From IMG/VR virus record IMGVR_UViG_3300037470_000607, positions 1-32,605 of that record: DNA of 32,605 nt; one strand, written 5' to 3'. Position 1 is the stretch's first letter. Each line of letters opens with the position of its first letter. The DNA is from a virus. Taxonomy: Duplodnaviria > Caudoviricetes. Under the pieces are notes generated by a model that did not search any database, had not been told where the DNA came from, and saw only the letters and a program-made list of their open reading frames with translations. A program made the position numbers and the translations under genes. Of the stretch, positions 9,367-18,126 are shown one piece after another.

Positions 9367-10589
9367 ATCGAGTACACCGCGCTCCATGAAGCCGGCAGCC
9401 CCTTGTCCTCGCCCGTCTGGAATGCGCCGTCGAGCGCAATCTGGGCGCCGTCGACCTCGTGCACCCCGAAGACCGCGGACCCGTCGGGGAGGAACGTAGC
9501 CTGCCCGACGGCTTCGAGGGTGTCGTCGTATTGCAAGGTGCACTCCACCGTGCGTGCCGCCGAGGGCCGCAGCGCTGCGGGCAGGGTGGCTGCGTCCCAC
9601 GTCAGCGCGCCTGTGGCGCTCTCAGCGACGAGCGCGGCTTCAAGGAATAGCGAGACCGTGCCTACCCGCTCCGCGTACGTCACATCGCCTGTGGGGTCCG
9701 CGGTGAACTCACCTGTGCCCCACGCGGGGGTGAACGTGTCGGTCGGGTACTCGTCGGTAGGCATCGTCGAAATGGCGAGCTGCGCATATTCGCGCTGGTC
9801 GTTAAACTCGGACGTGATTATCAGCAACTGGCCGGCCGCGCCAAGAGTCGTGGTGAACTCGTCACCCGGCTCGGTGAGCCCCGGATCGTCGAACTGTGCG
9901 GTGTCCGTGTCGACGGTTATTACCAGCTCGCGCTCTTCGACAGTCACGCCGTCCGCAGTCCATATGAACGTGACCGTGACCTCGTCGTGCGTCCACAGCA
10001 AGTTGCTCTCGCGGATCACTATAGCCGGCGCGCTATACTCGACACGTGAGCCGGCGAGCGGACCCGCCGGGCCTACTATTGACCCGGCCTCGAACCCGTA
10101 CAGCGCAGCCTGCCCCGTGCCGTTCCATCCGGCGATTTTACCGGCGCGCGCCTGCACGTTGCGGTAGTTCGAGTCTGCGATCTCTTGGGTAGCCGCGCTC
10201 AGGTGCAGCGAACGGTCAAGCTTCTCTTTGAGCTGCTGCGCATACATCGTCAGCCGGTCGAGTTCGGACTCGATCACGTGCGGAGGTACGCTGTTGGTGA
10301 AAGTTGCCACGCGAATGAAGTCTACGCCGCGCATGATAACTAGAGGAACTTGCACCCCTGGCGCAGCCGCGAGAGTTACCGTGCCGCCTGGATTCGAGTT
10401 TTGATTTGTGTTCAGGACAACCGTGTAGTCTTCATCCTCGCCCTGCGTCAGCAGCGTCTCGACGCCTGTGATAGAAGTTAGCAAGACGATCACGTCCTCG
10501 ACGGTGTCGACCTTAAAGTTGAAGGGGAACGCGACGGTAACACCGTCACCCTCGTGCAGTTCCTTCGTGTCGAGTACGCTTATCGTCAT
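9363..10589 (-). CDS. Tail-fibre protein with T7 gp17-type N-terminal anchor
   Basis: GDGVTVAFPFNFKV...DYTV...GGTVTL...LDRLTMYAQQLKEKLDRSL anchor, followed by the ARAGK linker and a beta-rich body. Confidence 0.85.
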   Translation of the reverse strand: MTISVLDTKELHEGDGVTVAFPFNFKVDTVEDVIVLLTSITGVETLLTQGEDEDYTVVLNTNQNSNPGGTVTLAAAPGVQVPLVIMRGVDFIRVATFTNSVPPHVIESELDRLTMYAQQLKEKLDRSLHLSAATQEIADSNYRNVQARAGKIAGWNGTGQAALYGFEAGSIVGPAGPLAGSRVEYSAPAIVIRESNLLWTHDEVTVTFIWTADGVTVEERELVITVDTDTAQFDDPGLTEPGDEFTTTLGAAGQLLIITSEFNDQREYAQLAISTMPTDEYPTDTFTPAWGTGEFTADPTGDVTYAERVGTVSLFLEAALVAESATGALTWDAATLPAALRPSAARTVECTLQYDDTLEAVGQATFLPDGSAVFGVHEVDGAQIALDGAFQTGEDKGLPASWSAVYSI

Positions 10590-10595
10590 TCTCGT

Positions 10596-10826
10596 TTACT
10601 CCCGCTCTTGCAGCAACAAGTCGAGCTTAGTCTCGATGCTCGCTAGGCGCTGCACAGTCTCTAGCTGCACGACATGATCCTCGGCTACATGTTCGTCGAG
10701 TGTGTTGTCAATCTTGGTAACCCGTGCCTTCGTGCCGTTAAGCGCGGCGCGGGCGCCTCCCCAAGCGAGCCCGCCGCTACCCACTACGCCCATGACGGCC
10801 ATAGCTAAATTTACATCCAATTCCAT
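10596..10826 (-). CDS. Small membrane/coiled-coil protein, holin- or XhlA-like (76 aa, start revised)
   Basis: ATG at 10826 with AAGGA upstream, just after the stop at 10831. One weakly hydrophobic N-terminal helix, then heptads ending RLASIETKLDLLL. Confidence 0.55.
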   Translation of the reverse strand: MELDVNLAMAVMGVVGSGGLAWGGARAALNGTKARVTKIDNTLDEHVAEDHVVQLETVQRLASIETKLDLLLQERE

Positions 10827-10830
10827 CTGT

Positions 10831-13800
10831 TTATTCCTTGTAGGGCGGCCCGAGCAATATCGCTTGCGGACCCGCTTCACCCTCCGACACCGCGATCATG
10901 CCGCGCACTGTCCGGTCTACTTGTGCAGCCGGATAATGGAACGCGGTTCCTGCTGCGCGGTTCACTGCGCGCAACATCGACTCGTCTACTTCACCTTGTC
11001 CGACCTGCGTGGCAACGTCGCCGAGCTGCGCCAATATGCTTGCGCCTGCCGGGCCACGATAGTCGAAACCTTCGATCACTCCGCCTAACTCGCGGACGTA
11101 CGGGAACACGCCGAGCATCGCGGACAGTTGCGCCCGCAGCAGCGCCTCTGCCAGCTCGTCCTCGTCAGCATCGTCGAAGTCGCCGCGCAGACCTTCGCGT
11201 ATGATTAGCCCAAGGGCCGCGGGCACCGTGTACAGCATCACGAAGTCCGCGGCCAACTTCGCACCGGACGCAATTGACGGCTTGCGCTTGAATCCCCGTA
11301 TCGACTCGGCGCTCAGGTTGTATGTGGCGCTGAAGTACGAGTAGAAGTTCGTCCATAACTTTTTCCACGCGCCGCCACGTTGCGCTTCTGCTAGGTCTTG
11401 CATCTGGCCGCTGGACTGCGAATCCCGCACCGCCTGATCAGCTATAGAAATCGCAAGTTCATGCTGTTCACCTTCGCCTGCGGCTTTGCCGTACGCGGCT
11501 AGCCACGTCGGAATGTCGACAGAAGTTTGCAGCGCCTGTATCGGGAAGAAGTAGAAGTTTGTCAGGTTGCTTTTCTGCGCGCCAAGACGATTGGTGATCT
11601 CGCTCAGCTCACGATTCAACACGAGCCCTCGGTCGCGCATGAAAGTCGACGCCTCGCGCACCTTCTTGATGGACTCCATAGGCCGTGCAGCGAACTCCAT
11701 TATGCCGCGCGCCATTGGCGCGTACCCGACGCGAACGATTGACTGCGTGACGCCTGTGAACTGCAACAGTGAAGTCGTCATACTGAGCCCGAGCCCGGCA
11801 ACTGTCGTGCCAATGCGGAAGTAGTTTGCAACTCGCTCGCCCGCATCCTGCGCGACGACTTCGCCCCGCGCCACGTCGTCTAGCGTCTTGCGCACCAACC
11901 TGGTGACCTCGGCACCGTAATGTTCACGCAGCGCGCCGCTGACGCGCGAGTCACGCAGCAGCCGGCCGGCGTCAATCAACGCCTCGTGCCACGCAAGGTC
12001 GTGGGCCACTTGCCCGATGTGTTGCGTGATTACGCCGAGGTCCAGGCGCACGGGGTCTTTACCGCCGACCCGCGCCTTGGTGTGGCCGCGCCGCGTGGTC
12101 GCGCGTGACACCGCGCCACGCAACGACTGCGAGATCAGCTCCGCGTCATTCTGCTGCGCAGCCTTGTCGCTGCGGCCAGGGTCCGCGACGATGGGATAGT
12201 ACCCGCCGCGGTATTGACCGTGTTTTGTGTTGACTGGGGTCGGGTCGACGCGCAGCGGATGCACGCCCGTTACCCTCTCTTCTTTCGCCGCGATCTCGCT
12301 CCAGTAACTGCCTATGAAATCCCAAGCCGCCTGCACGAAATCCATTTCCGCTTTGGTTAACGTGTCGACAACCGCCTGCGCCTGCGATTCGGTCCAACGG
12401 TTACCCGCCATGACGCGCTCGCGGTTACCCTCGTTCCCCCAGTTAAGCGCGACGGACAGTCGCGCTTCGAGTGACAGTGATGCGCCTATTTCGGGTACGT
12501 AGGTCTTGGCCGGCCCTTTTATCTTCTGCCCCGTGCGCACCGCGAAGTTCTGGCGCAACGCAGGCAACGAGTCGAGCAGCGCGTTCAGGCGCTTCGTCGC
12601 GTCTGCACGCATCGCGACCTCTTTGTCTGCCGCTGCGTTCAACGGCCTCACCATATATTCCCAAAACTTGCCACCGTCCTTGCCACCATCGATCTGCCTC
12701 GCCACGCTGGACATTTTGCGCAAGTGCGTCAACCACTCGGACAACGTCTCGGCGAACCGTCCCCACAGTGACAAATCCTTTTCGAGCTGCTGCTTCGACT
12801 TGCCAGGGATCGCGTTGTCGTCGATGCTGTCCGTGATCTCCGCCACCGCGGTATCGAAGTCGCGCTGGTCCTTCGAGGCCAGCAGGCGCCTCTTCATGCG
12901 CGCAAGGTGCGCGATGTTCTTCACAGAGTCGACGAGGCCGGCGAACTCTTCAACCGTCAGGTTTTGGTAGCTCGTGCGGCGCGCTTCGTCGAGCAGCTCG
13001 TCGGGTATCAACGGATCGTTGCCGGCCGCTTCTTGTTCTTTGACCCATGCCGCCAGTGCGGTGCGCTTGTCCACTTCGCGCAGCGGGCGTTTGCGAATGT
13101 CGAACCTCTCTAACAGTTTGTCGATCTGGTCGCGGTACCCAGGGTCCAGTGCGCGACGTGTCGTCTCGTTGTTGAACTTGCGCAGGTAGCGGAGCCACTT
13201 CTCCACGTTGTCCATTGCCCGGCTCGCATCGCGCGAGGCGTAGCCGTTGAACATCTGATCTCGCTTACGCGCCGACGCTAGCTTCAGGTCACCGGCTGCG
13301 AGCGCGCGCTGCGCGTCACGCGCGGCCTTCGTCTCGGCGGCGGTGAACTGTGACGGGCGAACATCGCGTACCTTCTTACGCTGCACGACCCTAGCGGCAT
13401 ACTCGCGAGCTGCGCGCCGCACCGCGTTGATGCCTCCCGGCTGACCCGTCAGTGTCTCGTCGAGCGCGGCCAGTTCGGTCGCAACCACGCGTGTGCGGTG
13501 CTGGTTGTGCACAGCTATATCTACGGCGCGCTTTAATGTTTGCTCGTTGTTGAGGTCGCCATAGCGCTCCATCATGCGCCGATCCGTTAGCTGTGATATG
13601 AGTTGCGCGCGCGGCTCTAAAGCCAGCAGCTCTGTTATCAACTGGTCGCCAGAAGTGAAGCCTGTCATTTCCGCGACTTCGTCGGCGCTCAGCCCCTCGG
13701 CGGCAAGCATCGAGCGCGGGAGTTCTTGCCACGGTGCGCGCGTCAGCGACGGGTCGAGTCCTGCGGCCTCTGCCATCTGGCGGTGTTCTTCGCGCGTGCC

Positions 13801-16800
13801 GTACGCAGCTTCGAGCGCGGCGCGCGACAGCTTGTGCGGGCCGTCGACTGTGATCTCTTCCGGCGTGCCGTCTGCGAGATTCTCGACCCACGCCTTGCCT
13901 GTGAGAATAAACGTCTCCGCTACGCGCACAGGTTCGCGTGCTATCTCGTCGGAAACCTCCTGCTCAACATCTGCGCGCTTCGCTTTATTCTCGGCCTGCA
14001 TTTTCTTCATTGCTTTCGAGCGGGCATTGTCCAGCCAGCGGACGTTTCGCAGGCTGCGCACCTGTAGCTGGTCCTCGGCGCGCTGCGTAGCCGTAGCGAC
14101 TTCGTCGCGGTAGCGTGCATACCCGTCATCGCTCATGCCGCTCTGCTCTTGACTGTCGAACAGTGGCGCGTAGTTGCGCGCAGCTTCCGCGGCAGCGATT
14201 GATTCCTGACTCGCGACCATGCCAGCCATGACCGTGCGCACCTCGTCGGCGAGAGTGACGTTCAGGCGCGAGATTACTTTGTACGTAGCAATGAGCCACG
14301 AGCGGAAGCGGTGGAACAGCGGGCGCAGCGCTTCTGATGGCGCGCGCCCCTCAAACAGCCACGCCTCGAATCCTCGCGCGAACTGCTCGTGTGCTTTACG
14401 GCGAGCGGGTATATCTAGCGCACGCCACTCTTCAATGGTACCTTCATAACCCACCCAGTCGAGTAACGTCTGCGTGTCGGCACGGATCGCGGCCGGCGCG
14501 TTCGGGCGCGCGGCGAGGTCCGCCATGATCTCGAAGAAGAAGTGCCCGCTCTCGTGGAGGAACGTTGATAGGTCCGCGTTCTCGAACAGCGTGACAACCG
14601 AGCCGAGCTGAAGATCGCGGCCCATCATGATTTGGCCGCGCGTTTCGTAGTCGGCGCCGCGCTCCTGGTCGTCCTGGTTAAGCTCGTCGCTCACCTCGTC
14701 GACACCCTCGAACGCGATCTCGTCAGGCAGCAGCGTTGCCTTCTGCTCGGCGTACACGGTCTGCTTCTGGCTCGCGCGGTTCGCTTCGCCGTGCGGCCCG
14801 TAGTTCACCCAGGTGTTCTGGCCGCGCGTCTCGCTCGTCATCGCACGCGCCGCGAGCGGCGAGTACATGCGCACGTGCGAGTGCCACGCGTTCTCTTCGC
14901 CGACCGGCCCGAACCCGACGCCTTCCTTCCCGTGACCGAACACGTCATGCACGATGCGGAACACGTCGTTCGCTAGAAGCACTCGATCGCCGATCGTCTC
15001 GGCTGTCGGCGCGAGCAGCGGGTTATCCGGCGCTTCAGTCTGCCCGAAGCCTGAGTCAGTCGGGAACACCCACAGGTGACCACGCGCTAGATCAGCGAGC
15101 ACTTCACGAGGTCCGCCCTCGTACGGGTCGACCATGCCGGGCTCAATAAACTCGATGTCTATGCCTAGCTCCTTAACAACCTGGTACTGTGCAAGCGTCT
15201 CGTTGATCAGCGCGTCGTACGCGATCTGCACCTCGAAGTCGTTCGGGTCGTGCACCGCGGCTTCATACGCTGCGGCGATGCGCGTCGAGCGCGCCACGTC
15301 GCTCTTGGCGTAGCGCGTCTGCGGCGGGAGGTTCGGCTTGTTGACCAGCACGTCCTCAACGTACCGGCGCGCAGCTTCGCGGATCGCGAGGATCGGGCCG
15401 GGTGAGGACTCGGGTAGCCCGGCTAGCGGCGCGTCGTCATTCGTTCCTGCAGCCTCTTCTCGTTGGAACAGGTCCGCGGTCTGCTCGACTGCTGACACGC
15501 GCGCACCGATCACGGGGAGCTTCACGAACACTCGAGCCTGGCCGCGCAGGTTCTCGTCGCGCGCGGTCGGCGTCGTGTAACCAGCGTAGCCCGCATCCTT
15601 TATCAGATGCTCGAACGCGTCCATATCGAGCCTGGTATTCGTCGGCGTGCGCTCACCAGTTGCGGGGTCTAGCTTAAAGCTCGTCGCTTCCTGCGCCTGC
15701 TCGGCAAGTTTCAGCGGGTCCGCGTTCGCGTCGTACAGCCGCTCGGTAGGAATGTCCACGACGTACTCGATCGGGCCGACACCGCTCTCAGGGGTGAAGC
15801 CGGTATCCGGGTACAGCGACGTGACACGCGGGCCAGCTCGGCGCCCTTCTTCCCCGCGCATCCCGGTCCCCATAAATTCGGGATCGATCGTCGGCACGAT
15901 GAAGTTGCCAAAGTGGCGGAAGCGCGTGTGTCCAGCCGGCAGTTCACCAGCGGTATCCGCGAGCATGGCGACCGGCTGCAGATTCGCTGGGTCTATCGTG
16001 GCAGCCGCGGGCGGCGCGATGCGCGTGACGACTGCGCCGCCCAACGGGGCCGATGCGCCAATTTGCCCGAGGTCTTCGCCTTGCCTTTCAAACGCCTCGG
16101 CTTGTTCGAGTACGCGCTGGACCTGCGCGGGGTCGCTATATTCTATTGTCCAGCCCCGACGCCGCAGAGCCTCATACACGCGCAACTGCTGCGCGGACAC
16201 CGCGCGATCCGACACGAGGCGTCGGCCTTGCGCCTGCGCTTCCTCATACGCTTTAGCCACGAGCTGCTGCCCGACACCTTGACCGCGGATTGATGCGTTT
16301 ACGTTCGCAATCCGAACCTGTGCGACGTCATCGCCAATCGCGTCAACCTCCATATACCCAGCTTTCTTACCAGTTGCCGGGTCACTCACTGCTAGCTCGA
16401 AGCCTATGTCGCCGTGCGGTTGGATCGAAAATGCTTCTGGCGGTAACTGGCCAAGCGCTTCGGCTGCCGGGGTTTCGCTCACCGCTTGCACGCGCAGAGG
16501 GAACTGCGCGAACATCTCGCCAGGAGACATGCCGGCGCGCGCCGACATAGTGACGAAAAAGTTCTCGACTATGGTTGCGTATCCGCTTGCTACGTCGGCG
16601 CGGAATCGCCCGGAGCTTATGATTTGAGACTTAACCTGCTCATTAATCTGCCGCGCCTCGATGCGCAGTTGCTCGCCGTCCTCTGCTTCGGCCATGACGC
16701 GCTCGGCGCGCTCGGCGAACTCGGACTCTATATTGTTCGCCTCTTCGACATTCATCGCGGACGCGTCACCGACACGGATGCGCCCGCTAAGGTACTGCGC

Positions 16801-18126
16801 GGTATGCGCGTCGGCGAAGTATGTGGCGTACTCTGCGGCAGTGATGCGCACGGGTGCGTCAGCTTCCTCCGCTTCCGCAATACGCTCGCTAATGTCGTCG
16901 GGCAGCTCGTCAAGTACGGACTGATCCAACCCTTCCATGTCGGCGGCATCTATGTACAGCTCTGCGTCCGGCGCAATCTGCTCTATGTAGCGTTTGAATT
17001 GCTCCGGGCTTCGCTCGCGCAGCTTGCTCGCCTCGGACAGTTGGCCGAGTTCCTTAATAACCTCGGCGTTTGCATTAGCGCGCGCGGAGTCGCCACCGAG
17101 ACGTGTACCGATAGAGTGCACAATGGCTGACTGCGCGCCGCTAGCGACGACTGTGGCTACGAGCGTCTGGTACGCAGCGCCTGGGCGCTCGGATAGGTAG
17201 TCTTGTAGTGTGGCCTCGGGGCGCAGCACCGCAAAATCGGTGAAGTCTTGGAGCAGCGTAGCAATTTGCTCACCAGGGATTTCGGCCGCCATCTGACGGC
17301 CAATTGTTTTTAGCAGCCCTGACTTCTTAGCAATGTCTCCGAGTAGCATGCCGACGGGTAAACGCTCGGTCCAGTTCTCGATAAGTGCGTGGGTTCCACC
17401 AAAGAGGATGGACTGGCCGACGCCGAGCCCTTCCTCACGCGCGCGGCTGTATTCGTTGCCAAACACGATACCAGTCATTGCGGTCAGCGCCATCTGCGGA
17501 TTCTTCGCGATCACCGCGCCGGCCAGCAGCGGAAGGTTCGTTGCGAGTGCTTGCACGCCGCCGAACACTCCCTGCTCGAATAAGCTCAGCTTCGAGTTCT
17601 CGGCGGTCAGCTTCTCCGCGGTGCTTGTAGCGTCGCGTTGTATCCCGGCGAAAAACTCCGCGGTCTGCTTGAAGCGACTGTTTTCGTTTGGGCCGAGTGA
17701 CGTACCAAGTAACGCGTCGCTCGTGCCGCGCAGCACATTCTCTGCGACGTCGAAGCCTTCTTCGACCGAGCGCATGATACCTGCGCCGCCGCCGGCCAGC
17801 GACACTGCGCCCGCACCCAGGTTCTTGGCCGTGATGCGCAGCCGGTCGAGAATGTCGACGTCGTCACGTGCGACTTGCGCGAAGGCAACGCCGAGTGAGT
17901 CAACTTCCGGGTTCTCGTGGACGAACTGCGCAAAGCGGCCGACGTCACGCTGCGCGTTCAGCGCTGGCAACTGCGTAGCGACTACAGGTACCGGCAGCCC
18001 CGTCGCTTTCGCCATGTCCTGTGCCTGCGCCGCGGTGTCAGGGTCATACTGCGTGGTTTGCGCAATCGCTGCCGCGTTCGGGCGCTGCGGAGTTGGTTCG
18101 TCGAGAAACTCGGTAAAGCGACCCAT
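10831..18126 (-). CDS. Giant internal virion (ejection) protein, large polyvalent protein, 2431 aa
   Basis: Occupies the T7 gp16 position, after the nozzle, GNAT and two smaller core genes and before the fibres. Largely helical, with GNAT (RGQGVG), ART-like, HDVFGH and ADLSTFLHESGH domains. Confidence 0.85.
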   Translation of the reverse strand: MGRFTEFLDEPTPQRPNAAAIAQTTQYDPDTAAQAQDMAKATGLPVPVVATQLPALNAQRDVGRFAQFVHENPEVDSLGVAFAQVARDDVDILDRLRITAKNLGAGAVSLAGGGAGIMRSVEEGFDVAENVLRGTSDALLGTSLGPNENSRFKQTAEFFAGIQRDATSTAEKLTAENSKLSLFEQGVFGGVQALATNLPLLAGAVIAKNPQMALTAMTGIVFGNEYSRAREEGLGVGQSILFGGTHALIENWTERLPVGMLLGDIAKKSGLLKTIGRQMAAEIPGEQIATLLQDFTDFAVLRPEATLQDYLSERPGAAYQTLVATVVASGAQSAIVHSIGTRLGGDSARANANAEVIKELGQLSEASKLRERSPEQFKRYIEQIAPDAELYIDAADMEGLDQSVLDELPDDISERIAEAEEADAPVRITAAEYATYFADAHTAQYLSGRIRVGDASAMNVEEANNIESEFAERAERVMAEAEDGEQLRIEARQINEQVKSQIISSGRFRADVASGYATIVENFFVTMSARAGMSPGEMFAQFPLRVQAVSETPAAEALGQLPPEAFSIQPHGDIGFELAVSDPATGKKAGYMEVDAIGDDVAQVRIANVNASIRGQGVGQQLVAKAYEEAQAQGRRLVSDRAVSAQQLRVYEALRRRGWTIEYSDPAQVQRVLEQAEAFERQGEDLGQIGASAPLGGAVVTRIAPPAAATIDPANLQPVAMLADTAGELPAGHTRFRHFGNFIVPTIDPEFMGTGMRGEEGRRAGPRVTSLYPDTGFTPESGVGPIEYVVDIPTERLYDANADPLKLAEQAQEATSFKLDPATGERTPTNTRLDMDAFEHLIKDAGYAGYTTPTARDENLRGQARVFVKLPVIGARVSAVEQTADLFQREEAAGTNDDAPLAGLPESSPGPILAIREAARRYVEDVLVNKPNLPPQTRYAKSDVARSTRIAAAYEAAVHDPNDFEVQIAYDALINETLAQYQVVKELGIDIEFIEPGMVDPYEGGPREVLADLARGHLWVFPTDSGFGQTEAPDNPLLAPTAETIGDRVLLANDVFRIVHDVFGHGKEGVGFGPVGEENAWHSHVRMYSPLAARAMTSETRGQNTWVNYGPHGEANRASQKQTVYAEQKATLLPDEIAFEGVDEVSDELNQDDQERGADYETRGQIMMGRDLQLGSVVTLFENADLSTFLHESGHFFFEIMADLAARPNAPAAIRADTQTLLDWVGYEGTIEEWRALDIPARRKAHEQFARGFEAWLFEGRAPSEALRPLFHRFRSWLIATYKVISRLNVTLADEVRTVMAGMVASQESIAAAEAARNYAPLFDSQEQSGMSDDGYARYRDEVATATQRAEDQLQVRSLRNVRWLDNARSKAMKKMQAENKAKRADVEQEVSDEIAREPVRVAETFILTGKAWVENLADGTPEEITVDGPHKLSRAALEAAYGTREEHRQMAEAAGLDPSLTRAPWQELPRSMLAAEGLSADEVAEMTGFTSGDQLITELLALEPRAQLISQLTDRRMMERYGDLNNEQTLKRAVDIAVHNQHRTRVVATELAALDETLTGQPGGINAVRRAAREYAARVVQRKKVRDVRPSQFTAAETKAARDAQRALAAGDLKLASARKRDQMFNGYASRDASRAMDNVEKWLRYLRKFNNETTRRALDPGYRDQIDKLLERFDIRKRPLREVDKRTALAAWVKEQEAAGNDPLIPDELLDEARRTSYQNLTVEEFAGLVDSVKNIAHLARMKRRLLASKDQRDFDTAVAEITDSIDDNAIPGKSKQQLEKDLSLWGRFAETLSEWLTHLRKMSSVARQIDGGKDGGKFWEYMVRPLNAAADKEVAMRADATKRLNALLDSLPALRQNFAVRTGQKIKGPAKTYVPEIGASLSLEARLSVALNWGNEGNRERVMAGNRWTESQAQAVVDTLTKAEMDFVQAAWDFIGSYWSEIAAKEERVTGVHPLRVDPTPVNTKHGQYRGGYYPIVADPGRSDKAAQQNDAELISQSLRGAVSRATTRRGHTKARVGGKDPVRLDLGVITQHIGQVAHDLAWHEALIDAGRLLRDSRVSGALREHYGAEVTRLVRKTLDDVARGEVVAQDAGERVANYFRIGTTVAGLGLSMTTSLLQFTGVTQSIVRVGYAPMARGIMEFAARPMESIKKVREASTFMRDRGLVLNRELSEITNRLGAQKSNLTNFYFFPIQALQTSVDIPTWLAAYGKAAGEGEQHELAISIADQAVRDSQSSGQMQDLAEAQRGGAWKKLWTNFYSYFSATYNLSAESIRGFKRKPSIASGAKLAADFVMLYTVPAALGLIIREGLRGDFDDADEDELAEALLRAQLSAMLGVFPYVRELGGVIEGFDYRGPAGASILAQLGDVATQVGQGEVDESMLRAVNRAAGTAFHYPAAQVDRTVRGMIAVSEGEAGPQAILLGPPYKE

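Noticed and set aside
9367-9600. N-terminal extension of ORF 8590-9600, and likewise the longest-ORF starts at 10880, 20738, 25152, 26941, 27249, 28034 and 32486
   Set aside because: They overlap upstream genes or terminators. Downstream starts have SD sequences or stop/start coupling and match family N-termini.
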